Source of the DNA: an uncultured Gemmatimonadales bacterium
GTDB taxonomy: Bacteria; Gemmatimonadota; Gemmatimonadetes; Longimicrobiales; Gaopeijiaceae
Direction of reading: 5' to 3'
NCBI GenBank assembly: GCA_963751265.1
Contig: CAVVTU010000003.1
Span: 492,156 to 556,155 of the forward strand
Length of the DNA: 64,000 nt
Position numbers and translations under genes: made by a program. Positions 50,907-59,619 of the stretch are shown here, piece by piece. A model generated the notes under the pieces. The model saw only the letters and a program-made list of their open reading frames with translations, did not search any database and had not been told where the DNA came from. Every line of letters starts with the position of its first letter. Within the stretch, counting starts at the first letter, position 1.

Positions 50907-51656
50907 TCCCTGGCCCAGCTACTTGAGTTGGATCTCCCGATCCCTGATCACACCACGCTGTCACGGCGACTGAAGAAGCTCGGTGACGTTCGGTTTCGCA
51001 GGCTCGCCACGGACCGACCGCTTCACCTGCTCATCGACAGCACGGGGCTCAGGATTCACGTCGGGCCCTTGAGAAGGCCACCGAAGAGAAGGGCTTGGAG
51101 GAAGCTGCACCTCGCGGTTGATGCCAGTACGGGTGAGATCGTTGCATCGGAACTGACCGATCGCCGAACCCACGACTGCACGCGGGTCGGCCCGTTGCTG
51201 GAGCAGATCGACAACCCGCTGGCCTCCCTCTCAGCAGACGGTGCTTACGACGCGGCGGGGGTCTACGAGGCGGGTCAATCAAAGTGCGAGGACGAACCGT
51301 TAGGATGCTCATCCCACCTGGACGAGGGGCCCAACTGGCTCCAAGGCCGTCGCCCGCATTGGAGGAGAGAAACCGGAACATCCACTCCATCCACGAGCTC
51401 GGTCGTCGCGAGTGGCACAAGCGGTCCGGGTACAGCAAGCGCAGCATGGTCGAGAATACTGTCTACCGGTACAAGACGATCATCGGTCGACGAATGAGAA
51501 GTCGCACCATCGCTGGGCAGCGCGTTGAAGTACAGCTGGCGAGCAAGATCCTCAATACGATGATCGGTTTAGGAATGCCCGACAGCCGCCGAGTGGCCTG
51601 ATCTCCGCTCGCGGGACGGGGCATCTGTCCCCAATTCAGAGCCATGCAACAACGCC
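50907..51656 (+). mobile_element. IS5-family (IS903-like) element, C-terminal half with frameshift, ending in its terminal IR
   Basis: SLAQLLELDLPIPDHTTLSRRLKKL...HLLIDSTGLRIH...WRKLHLAVDASTGEIVASELT...ADGAYD, then in another frame ...REWHKRSGYSKRSMVENTVYRYKTIIGRRMRSR. The IR GAGCCATGCAACAACGCC at 51639-51656 has reverse complement GGCGTTGTTGCATGGCTC, which matches 13 of 18 positions of the IS903 terminal IR GGCTTTGTTGAATAAATC as I recall it. Confidence 0.65.
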
Positions 51657-51725
51657 GCGTCCCGACCTCCCGAAGCACTCGCCGGCCCAGTGCCTTGCCT
51701 TTCGCTGCCAGCCGCCTCCGTAATT

Positions 51726-52052
51726 CAGGAAGCCCTCGGTCTGCCGAAGCGGAAGATGGAAGACCACACGGATCGTTAGCGCGGCCTCGATCGCAATGTT
51801 CGCGTAGGTACGCTGGCCGCCGGGCCTGCCGCTGGCCGGAGCACGCCAGGCATCGAGCGCCGCATCTGAAAGCCAGACGGTCACGTCGCCACGACGCCGA
51901 AGGCCGGCCTCGTACTCCGGCCAATTCCGTACCCGATACTGGGACTTCGCGTGCTTGTACTGGCTTCGCTTCGGATACTTCATCGCTGGCGGCTCCGGGT
52001 CAGGGGCTTCGCATCACAATGAAACCTATGCCAGGAGCCATGCACCAACGCC
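51726..52052 (-). mobile_element. IS5-family (IS903-like) element, N-terminal half with its other terminal IR
   Basis: MKYPKRSQYKHAKSQYRVRNWPEYEAGLRRRGDVTVWLSDAALDAW...AIEAALTIRVVFHLPLRQTEGFL (ATG at 51983). The IR GAGCCATGCACCAACGCC lies at 52035-52052. Confidence 0.65.
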
Positions 52053-52649
52053 GCGAGAAGGAACCTCTGTCTGAACCGGAAGATCAGGCAGCGCGCCGCG
52101 CGTAGCGGTGATGGAGCCCGCCGACCTGCGGCCGCGCGACTACCTCGCCGAACGAGGGGGGCTCAACTTCACGGCCATCCGGGGCGTCGCCGTCCAACGA
52201 ACGGTGGGTTCGCGACGCGTGGTAGTAGGAGGCGTAGCTGCGAAGTACCCGCAGGAGGTGTCGTTCGTTGAGCACGACGACGTGGTCGAGGCACTCCCGC
52301 CGGATGGAGCCGATCAGGCGTTCGCAGTAGGCGTTCTGCCATGGGGATCCCGGCGCGGTCAGCACTTCCTCGACGCCCATCGACCGCACTCGCGGGGCGA
52401 CGTCGCCGGCGAAGCACTTGTCCCGGTCGTGAAGTAGGAATCGAGGCTGGGTGTCGTAGGGGAACGCCTCGATGAGCTGTCGGGCGGTCCAAGCAGCGTT
52501 GGGTGACGTCGTGACGTTGAAGTGCAGGATCCGCCGCCGGTCGTGCGCCATGATCACGAGCACGTAGAGCACGCGGAACGTGGCCGTGGGGACAACGAAG
52601 AAGTCCATGGCGACGATGTCACCGAGGTGGTTTTCGAGAAAGGAGGGGA

Positions 52650-53976
52650 GTGTGCGAAAGACTGTGTAAATGGCCATGGTGTAGGAATCCCGTACCGAAG
52701 GGGAGTACTCCATGGCGGAAGAGCAGGAGCTCAGTGAGAAAGAACTGAACGCGATCTTGGACCGGCTGATTCAGGGCAAGACACCCGAGGATATCCTGGG
52801 TCAGACGGGGCTGGTGAAGGACCTTACGCGCCGGCTGGTGGAGCGTGTGCTGGAAGGGGAGATGACGGCGCACCTGGGCTACGAGAAGCACGCCCAGGAA
52901 GGGCGCGACGGCGGCAACTCGCGCAACGGCAAGACGGGCAAACGGGTCAAGACTGACACCTCGGACATCGACCTTGAGGTCCCGCGAGATCGGGACGGCA
53001 CGTTCGACCCGGTGATGGTGGCGAAGGGCCAGCGGCGGCTCCCTGGCTTCGACGAGAAGGTGATCGCCCTGTACGCCCGGGGGATGACGACGCGGGAGAT
53101 CCAGGGGCATCTGAAGGAGCTGTACCAGGTCGAGGTATCTCCGACGCTGATCTCGGCGGTGACGGACGCGGTGCTGGAGGACGTGCGGGCGTGGCAGGCT
53201 CGCCCCCTCGATGCCGTCTACCCCATCGTGTACCTCGACGCGATCCACGTGAAGATGCGTACGGCGGGCCACGTCGAGAGCCAGGCGGTCTACCTGGCGC
53301 TGGCCATCAATCTCCAGGGCCAGAAGGAGTTACTGGGGCTGTGGGTGGGCGAGGCCGAGGGAGCCAAGTTCTGGCTCAGCGTGCTGACCGAACTCAAGAA
53401 CCGCGGCGTTCAGGACATCCTGATCGCGGCCGTGGACGGGCTGAAGGGCTTTCCGGACGCCATCGAAGCGGTCTACCCCAAGACCCAGGTCCAACTGTGT
53501 ATCGTGCATCTCATCCGAGGCTCACTGCGCTACGTGTCCTGGAAGGAACGCAAGGTCGTGGTCAGGGACCTGAAGGAGATCTACCGGGCGCCGACGCTCG
53601 AGGCGGCTGCCCAGGGCCTGGAGACATTTGCCGAGCGCTGGGACGGCCGGTTCCCTCAGATCAGCCGGATGTGGCGGACGCACTGGACGAACCTGACGCC
53701 GTTCTTCGACTATCCGCCGGAGATCCGGAAGGTTATCTACACGACCAATGCGGTGGAGTCGGTCAATGCCCAGCTAAGGAAGGTGACGAAGCACCGGGGC
53801 GCATTCCCCACCCCCGACTCCGTGAGGAAGGTGTTGTACTTGGCGATCATGAAAGCCAGCGAGCGGTGGAGCCGGCCCGTCCAGGACTGGACCTCTGCCC
53901 TGAACCATCTGTCCATCGTCTTCGAGGGACGGATACCCGTTTGATGTCGAGGCCATTTACACAGAATTCCTGACAC
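52650..53976 (+). mobile_element. IS256-family insertion sequence
   Basis: It has imperfect ~26-bp IRs: GTGTGCGAAAGACTGTGTAAATGGCC (52650-) versus the reverse complement of GGCCATTTACACAGAATTCCTGACAC (-53976). There is a single intact transposase ORF. Confidence 0.8.
52712..53944 (+). CDS. IS256 family transposase
   Basis: 410 aa. ...LEGEMTAHLGYEKH...GNSRNGKTGKRV...VPRDRDGTFDPVMV...ALYARGMTTREIQGHL...IVYLDAIHVKMR...CIVHLIR... are classic IS256/mutator motifs. Confidence 0.9.
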   Translation: MAEEQELSEKELNAILDRLIQGKTPEDILGQTGLVKDLTRRLVERVLEGEMTAHLGYEKHAQEGRDGGNSRNGKTGKRVKTDTSDIDLEVPRDRDGTFDPVMVAKGQRRLPGFDEKVIALYARGMTTREIQGHLKELYQVEVSPTLISAVTDAVLEDVRAWQARPLDAVYPIVYLDAIHVKMRTAGHVESQAVYLALAINLQGQKELLGLWVGEAEGAKFWLSVLTELKNRGVQDILIAAVDGLKGFPDAIEAVYPKTQVQLCIVHLIRGSLRYVSWKERKVVVRDLKEIYRAPTLEAAAQGLETFAERWDGRFPQISRMWRTHWTNLTPFFDYPPEIRKVIYTTNAVESVNAQLRKVTKHRGAFPTPDSVRKVLYLAIMKASERWSRPVQDWTSALNHLSIVFEGRIPV

Positions 53977-54483
53977 CCCCGGCCGATACCGCCGAACCGT
54001 GGAGTCGCTCACATCGATCCCGAGTTTGTGCAACTCGGCCTGGATGCGCGGCGCGCCCCACGTCGGGTTCGAACTCCACATGTGGCGAATCAGGCGTCGC
54101 ACCGATGGATCAATGCGTGGCCGCCCTCCTTTCGGACTGCTCTTCCAGCGCCAGTAGGCCCGGAAGCCTCTGCGGTGCCAGCCGACGACGGTAGCCGGTT
54201 CGACGAGAACGAGGGCCCGGCGCCAACCTGGCCAAACACGCCGGAGCCAGATCCAGAAGACTCGATCGCGGTTCTTCAGGTGCACCTTGGCCTTCCGTCG
54301 CTGGAGCACCATCAGCTGCTGCCGGAGAGCCAAATTCTCGAGCGCCAGGGCCCGCCGACTCCTGAGCCCTGAGAGGAGGCCCCACACCGCAATACTGACC
54401 CAATCCCCCATCGCCGCCCGCCTTCGCCGAGTCGCTAAGAAGCCAGTAATCTCGCGGCTGACGAGGTTTTCGCTACCCACAGC

Positions 54484-55267
54484 GACGTCGCCGGCGAAGC
54501 ACTTATCCCGGTCGTGAAGCAGAAATCGAGGCTGAGTGTCGTAGGGGAACGCCTCCATGAGTTGTTGGGCGGTCCAAGCAGCGTTGGGTGACGTCGTGAC
54601 GTTGAAGTGCAAGATTCGGCGTCGGTCGTGCGCCATGATCACGAGCACGTAGAGCACACGGAACGTGACCGTGGGGACAACGAAGAAGTCCATGGCCACG
54701 ATGTCACCCAGGTGGTTATCCAGAAACGAGCTCCAGGTCTGGGATGGCTGCCTGGGCCGCCCCGGTCGATAACGCCGAACGGTGGAGTCGCTCACCTTGA
54801 TCCCGAGTCTGTGCAACTCGGCCTGGATGCGGGGCGCACCCCACGTCGGGTTCGAACTCCACATGTGGCGAATCAGGCGTCGCACGGACGGATCAATCCG
54901 TGGCCGTCCTCCCTTGGGCCGGCTCCTTCCACTGCCAGTAGGCCCGAAAGCCTCTGCGGTGCCAGCCGACGACGGTAGCCGGTTCGACGAGAACGAGGGC
55001 CTGGCGCCAGCCTGGCCAGACACGCCGGAGCCAGATCCAGAAGACTCGGTCGCGGTCCTTCAGGCGCACCTTGGCGTTCTGCCGCCGGAGCACCATCAGC
55101 TGCTGTCGGAGAGCCAAGTTCTCGAGCGCCAGGGTCCGCCGACTCCTGAGCCCTGATAGGAGGCCCCACACCGCAATACTGACCCAATCCCCCATCGCCA
55201 CCCGCCTTTGCCGAGTCGCCAAGAAGCCAGTAATCTCGCGGCCGACGGGGTTTTCGCTACCGACAGC
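54484..55267 (-). mobile_element. rve-type IS, copy B: 5' part only, with a 1-nt frameshift, truncated by copy A
   Basis: The ATG is at 55195. The protein is the same as copy A up to ...DRDKCFAGDVA. It has one extra nucleotide relative to copy A near 54925, which splits the ORF (track ORFs 54893..55573 and 53737..55023). Both copies begin with near-identical termini, GCTGT(G/C)GGTAGCGAAAACC. Confidence 0.65.
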
Positions 55268-55490
55268 ATGGACCGGATGGTCCCGCTGGGAGAGAGGCAC
55301 CTTCGAAGGGCCGTGGCCGAATACGTGGAGCATTACCATCGGGAGCGGAGCCACCAGGGACTCGGCAACCGGTTGATCGGGCGAGAGCCGCAGTCGGGCT
55401 TGGGGCCTATTACGTGCCACCCGAGACTGGGTGGACTCCTGTATCACTACGCCAGACGGGCCGCCTGATCCTCGGCTGAATTTTGGAACA

Positions 55491-55860
55491 GTACGGCGTG
55501 CAGCTCTACGCATGCGCGTCCAGCCCGATATACCTCTCCATGGGCGTTCTCCTCCTCGACCTCTGGGATACATGCTCGCGCTAATGAAAGCGCTCCCACC
55601 TCAAGAGGTGAACGCCCCTTCTTCCTCTTCGCTGATTTGGTGCTTGCCAGGGCCGGTAGCGGATGCCATGCCCCTATGATGCCTATCCGTTGGTACCGAA
55701 GCGAGCCCCATTGCCGAGCCAATACGTGACGCAACGCGTGGCCTAGTCCCAAAGTGTATGACGAGGTCCGCAGAGGAAAGACCCATCGTTTACGAAGTGG
55801 CGCTTCTCGTACCCCTTGGCCGAGGCAGCCGCGCAGTGCTCGGACGCAGAATGCACGCAG
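55491..55860 (-). pseudogene. Probable N-terminal remainder (frameshifted) of the IS-interrupted beta-propeller lipoprotein gene
   Basis: It lies directly across the IS-X insertion from fragment 49945..50653. Signal/lipobox-like LWVLRAFCVRALRGC and KRKKGRSPLE (compare GRRGKGPGEFE) are seen in shifted frames. The similarity is weak. Confidence 0.3.
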
Positions 55861-55870
55861 TACCCAAAGA

Positions 55871-58333
55871 CTACTCGGCCCGAAGGGAAGATACCGGGTC
55901 GATTCGCACGACCTTCCAAGCCCCCAGAACCGCCGTCATCAAGGCCGTTGTGAGCACTGCTGCCACGACAACCGCTAGCCCCTTCGGGTCACCACCATCC
56001 ACGCCACCCCTCTGAAGGAGGGGGGGTATCAAGGTCTTCACCAAGGTCGCTCTAAGGAGCAGAACGACGCCAAGTCCCGCTACTAGCCCAAGGCAAGTGG
56101 TTGCCAGGGAATCAGTCGCGGCACGCACAAGCAGACGCGTGGGTGGCTCGCCTAGCGCCAGCCGGACTCCAAACTCTGACCGCCTTGAGTCAACTGTTTG
56201 GGCGGAAATCGCGCTCAAGCCGATTAGACTCAACAACGATACCAACAAGGCCGTGGACGAAAGGACCAACCCAGAAACAACAACGTCATGTACGCCTGCA
56301 ACCGACATCTGACGCGAGACAATGGTGCCGAGATACCGTAGCCGAAGGGTGGGAGCGACCGTGGTGAAGGCATCCGTGATCGCCCTTTCGGTCTCCTCGA
56401 CCGAGGCGCCGCTCACCACCACGACGATACCATCGCAACTTGGGCATGTGTCGGACCAACCGGGTGGAGCGGTCACCGCCTGTTCCAGGGAGAGGAAGAC
56501 CGTCGGGATATTGGGCCGGAAAGAAGCAGCTACCCGCCCAATCCGACCCATGCCGCCGACATCCGGCGTCACTCCCACAACCGTTATTGGCTGCCCAGCT
56601 GGGCCGATTCGAAACTTCTGCCCTAACGCCTCCTCGTGAGGCCAGAACATCTTGGCGGCGGTCTCAGACACTACGGCAACGAGTGGATCATCTCGACCGT
56701 CTCCAGGGCCAATGAGTCGGCCGCGTCGCGCAGTTATCCCCATGGCGGCGAAGAAGCCGGGAGTCGCCGCAGTATAAGCGCCGGGCGCTACCCCAGCTCT
56801 CATGCTTGGGGCATGCCCATCCAGTACGGCGACCTCATCGAGACGCGGAGGGTAGGGTAGGATGACATCCTTCGCCAAGCCCACGGCATCGACGTGCGCC
56901 GAGTTGCGGATCAAGCCTCCGGCTGCTGCCGCGAGGCGGTACTGGTCGTCCGGGCCCAAATCCGATCGGGAGTACTCTGGAACTCCCTCGACTACGTCCG
57001 GGTTGTAGCCGAGATCTAGTGTTCTTAGTCTCTGGTATCCCTTCGCTAATGTGAGCGACACCGTGATTAGCACCAGAGACATACACAGTTGGAGAACCAC
57101 CACCACCCTCCTAGACACGCTGACGCCATGACTTGTTGTGGTCCCGAAGGCTCCCTCTTGCAGCAGGACCGGAACGGACAAGGACAACAGCCGGACAAGC
57201 GGTCCGGACACGAGAGCCACCCACGTAATGAGGCCAAGGGCGACAATGATGGAGGCTCTACCAAAAAGCGACGACCCAACCGCGAGGAGGCCGTCGTTGG
57301 CGACCACGTGACCTAAGAGCACGGTCAACCACCTGGCTGTAATCCACGCCAATCCAGCACCAATGACGCTCAAAGCCAGCGTTTCGCCCATGAGGAGCAG
57401 CCCAACACGGGTGGTTGAACCACCGACGGCAAGACGAATCGCGAGAGTGCGTTCCCTTGCCATCGTCCTGCCGTATGTTAGGCTGGCGAGGTTCACCAAA
57501 GTGACCAGCAGAATACAGAACCCACATGCAACCAAGAGAGACAGCCTCCCTGACTGCGCGGCGCGTTGGACAGCACCGAGTCGCACTGCCGCCGCGCCAT
57601 GGTGGCCGTACTGGACCGAATCCGCACTCGACTCCTGGGACGCCTTCAGCGACAACTCCTCATCCATCTGAGTTGTCCCCAGGCCAGGCCGCAGTCGTGC
57701 AATCCCGAGCCATGGAACGACGCCAGCCGTTTCGCCAGACTGAGCCATCGGAATCCAGATCATCGGTCTTCGCTCGAAGTCCTCAGGCATGACACCCACG
57801 ACCACGTACGACCGGCCAGACAGTGTGATCTGTGACCCAAGCACTCGAGGGTTGCCCCCCAGTGCTCCCTTCCAGGCTGCATCGCTCAGGACAGCCGCAG
57901 GCGTCGCGGCGGGCTGATCATCTTCAGGCACCAAGGCACGACCAAGCCTCGCCGTCATGTCTAGGACTTCGAAGTACTGACCTGAGATGATTGTCGTTCG
58001 TATTGTGGTGGACCGCTCGTTCTGGAGCAGCATCAGGTCGGTCGACCCGTAGAACGCCATCGCGCTCGCCGTTCGGAATGGCTCCCTCGACCAGTCTTCC
58101 GCACGGCGACGCGCAAAATAGTCCGCGGGGACGCGGCTTTGCGGAGACACAGTAGCCCAGATCTCTCGCAATTCCTCCTCGTGGGCGAATCGAGGCGGCG
58201 GAAAGAAGAGGCCAAGGACCACGAAACCGATAGATGCGGCACAACCCAAGCCAACGCCAAGTGACGCCACCACTGTCACGGCGAACATCGGTGACACTTG
58301 CAGCGAGCGAATGATCTGGACGACAGTCCTCAT
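55871..58333 (-). CDS. ADOP-family duplicated FtsX/MacB-type ABC permease (copy 3, divergent, lower GC)
   Basis: 820 aa with the same two-repeat architecture, ending ...VVRIDPVSSLRAE. The N-terminus MRTVVQIIRSLQVSPMFAVTVVASLGVGLG is divergent from the other three copies. Confidence 0.75.
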   Translation of the reverse strand: MRTVVQIIRSLQVSPMFAVTVVASLGVGLGCAASIGFVVLGLFFPPPRFAHEEELREIWATVSPQSRVPADYFARRRAEDWSREPFRTASAMAFYGSTDLMLLQNERSTTIRTTIISGQYFEVLDMTARLGRALVPEDDQPAATPAAVLSDAAWKGALGGNPRVLGSQITLSGRSYVVVGVMPEDFERRPMIWIPMAQSGETAGVVPWLGIARLRPGLGTTQMDEELSLKASQESSADSVQYGHHGAAAVRLGAVQRAAQSGRLSLLVACGFCILLVTLVNLASLTYGRTMARERTLAIRLAVGGSTTRVGLLLMGETLALSVIGAGLAWITARWLTVLLGHVVANDGLLAVGSSLFGRASIIVALGLITWVALVSGPLVRLLSLSVPVLLQEGAFGTTTSHGVSVSRRVVVVLQLCMSLVLITVSLTLAKGYQRLRTLDLGYNPDVVEGVPEYSRSDLGPDDQYRLAAAAGGLIRNSAHVDAVGLAKDVILPYPPRLDEVAVLDGHAPSMRAGVAPGAYTAATPGFFAAMGITARRGRLIGPGDGRDDPLVAVVSETAAKMFWPHEEALGQKFRIGPAGQPITVVGVTPDVGGMGRIGRVAASFRPNIPTVFLSLEQAVTAPPGWSDTCPSCDGIVVVVSGASVEETERAITDAFTTVAPTLRLRYLGTIVSRQMSVAGVHDVVVSGLVLSSTALLVSLLSLIGLSAISAQTVDSRRSEFGVRLALGEPPTRLLVRAATDSLATTCLGLVAGLGVVLLLRATLVKTLIPPLLQRGGVDGGDPKGLAVVVAAVLTTALMTAVLGAWKVVRIDPVSSLRAE

Positions 58334-58388
58334 GGTTCCTCAACATCCACGCGCAGTGAGGACACCTTCATATCCGGCTTCTTGGAGG

Positions 58389-58658
58389 TCATGGATCAAT
58401 CCCGGGCCTCAACGCAGCATCACGTTCGGACGGCATGTGAGACCCCGCCGCCAACTCAATCAGGTCAGGGAATTCGCGTTCTATCCACTGAATGGCTCTC
58501 GGTGAGAGGATGCCTCGCCAGTTCGTGCCCACGCCAGCTTCGATGCTGTCCTTAGTCCTATGAAGGTCCCGATTACCGTATTGATCATCATCCTCCACCG
58601 TGATCTGCTCTACCCTGTCTGTATTGTCGACGCCCACTGGAAGACCCAACACCTTCAC
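58389..58658 (-). CDS. Hypothetical protein (89 aa) upstream of ADOP copy 3
   Basis: An ATG-initiated ORF with no recognisable family. It sits where a PadR gene would normally be. It may be a gene fragment. Confidence 0.25.
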   Translation of the reverse strand: MKVLGLPVGVDNTDRVEQITVEDDDQYGNRDLHRTKDSIEAGVGTNWRGILSPRAIQWIEREFPDLIELAAGSHMPSERDAALRPGIDP

Positions 58659-58922
58659 AGCGCGTTGGTTGTACCTCGTCGGGTGCCGCGGTCACTCTCA
58701 CTAACCCCTTCCCTTCCCGCCTCCGTTCCGCCCGGAATCTTCCAGGTTGCGAGGCACTTACTCAGTGCGGACCCCACAGTTGCCCGACGACAGTCGGAGC
58801 ACTCTTGGATGGCCACGGTAGGAACCACTGTGGAGGCGCGCAAGATCGTCCTCGATCGGTGGTTCGGCCTCACGCCCCGGGTTCTACCCCGCTAATGCGG
58901 ACACTTCAGAGAAGCCCCATCT

Positions 58923-59168
58923 TGGGCGAAAAGGAGTGTCCTGGCACCGCGGAGAAGGTACCGCGAGGAGTTCAAGCGGGCGGCGGTCAGGTTGACCCGC
59001 CAGCCCGAGGGGAGCATAGCCCAGGTGGCGAAGGACATCGGGGTCAGCCAGAGCCAGTTGTTCCGTTGGCGGCGTGAGATCGAAGGTGATGCCAAGGCCT
59101 TCCCGGGCTCAGGAGTGGCTCGAGACCAGGAGCTGCTCGCCCTGCAGCGTGAGTTGGCCAAGGTGAAG
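58923..59168 (+). pseudogene. IS3-family orfA (Tnp_1 HTH) remnant
   Basis: ...RRRYREEFKRAAVRLTRQPEGSIAQVAKDIGVSQSQLFRWRREIEGDAKAFPGSG...ELLALQRELAKVK, then homology is lost. There is no canonical start and no orfB. Confidence 0.6.
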
Positions 59169-59277
59169 GGGAGCGGCCGCCTGATGCACGGCTTGCGTTC
59201 CTCTTGCTTTCCGACAGGAAGGCTCCTCATACTACCTGTAGAGTTTCGACAAGACGGCTTTCCACTCTACCCGCCCC

Positions 59278-59619
59278 ATGGCCTCTTCTGAAAGCAGCGA
59301 CGTCCTTCGCGGCACGCTCGACCTCCTGATCCTGAAGATCCTCTCCCTCGAGCCGATGCATGGGTGGGGCATCAGCCAGCGCATCCAAGAGCGCTCTCGG
59401 GGGCTCCTCGACGTGAACCAGGGCTCCCTCTATCCCGCGCTCCAGCGACTGGAGCAGAAGGGGTGGATCCGGAGCTCTTGGAGCCGCTCGGAGAACAACC
59501 GCAGAGCACGCTTCTATGATCTCACGGCGGCTGGGACCCGCGCGCTCGCCGAGGAGGCCGCCAGCTGGAGGCAGTACACGGGCGCCGTGGAGCTCATCCT
59601 GGGGCCCGGAGGGGCATGA
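59278..59619 (+). CDS. PadR family transcriptional regulator
   Basis: LRGTLDLLILKILSLEPMHGWGISQRIQERSRGLLDVNQGSLYPALQRLEQKGWI...RFYDLTAAG. Its stop overlaps the start of the downstream permease (ATGA). Confidence 0.9.
   Translation: MASSESSDVLRGTLDLLILKILSLEPMHGWGISQRIQERSRGLLDVNQGSLYPALQRLEQKGWIRSSWSRSENNRRARFYDLTAAGTRALAEEAASWRQYTGAVELILGPGGA

Larger units (their letters stand above)
52053..54483 (-). mobile_element. rve-type IS, copy A (transposase ATG at 54411, stop at 52084), interrupted by an IS256-family element
   Basis: MGDWVSIAVWGLLSGLRSRRALALENLALRQQL...GGRPRIDPSVRRLIRHMWSSNPTWGAPRIQAELHKLGIDVSDSTVRRYRPG | IS256 | PSFLENHLGDIVAMDFFVVP...SPWQNAYCERLIGSIRRECLDH...VGGLHHRYARRAA. The 3' terminus is not resolved. 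Confidence 0.65.
50654..55490 (+). mobile_element. Composite: rve-type (IS481/IS3-superfamily) IS, here called IS-X, gutted by nested insertions
   Basis: The terminal inverted repeats are TGTTCCAAAACCCAGGCGAGG (50654-) and the reverse complement of CCTCGGCTGAATTTTGGAACA (-55490). The transposase N-terminus MTTPFQMLIMMFAGWVNEHQRSVIAYLQEENRVLRELHGKKRLRFNNDH is at 50760-50906. The C-terminus ...MVPLGERHLRRAVAEYVEHYHRERSHQGLGNRLI...RLGGLLYHYARRAA is at 55268-55468. The middle is replaced by other IS pieces. Confidence 0.7.
39533..59277. mobile_element. Candidate integrated genomic island at tRNA-Ile (possibly composite); right boundary tentative
   Basis: The tRNA 3' end is followed by integrase and excisionase. 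The content is accessory: ParB-like gene, HEPN module, unknowns and an IS nest. DNA from about 45 to 59.2 kb is visibly more AT-rich by eye. A weak repeat of the tRNA 3' end lies at 59264-59278. Confidence 0.45.

Noticed and set aside
50721-51497. The 258-aa ORF that appears to be a single gene.
   Set aside because: It is a chimera of the IS-X transposase N-terminus (to ...RFNNDH) joined at the inversion breakpoint to the IS5-family C-terminal half. The first 13 codons are upstream non-coding IS sequence.
53737-55023. The 428-aa ORF that looks like one large transposase.
   Set aside because: It is a chimera. The second half of frameshifted IS copy B reads through the copy A terminus and the N-terminal part of copy A into IS256 end sequence (...RRYRPGVSGILCKWPRHQT...).
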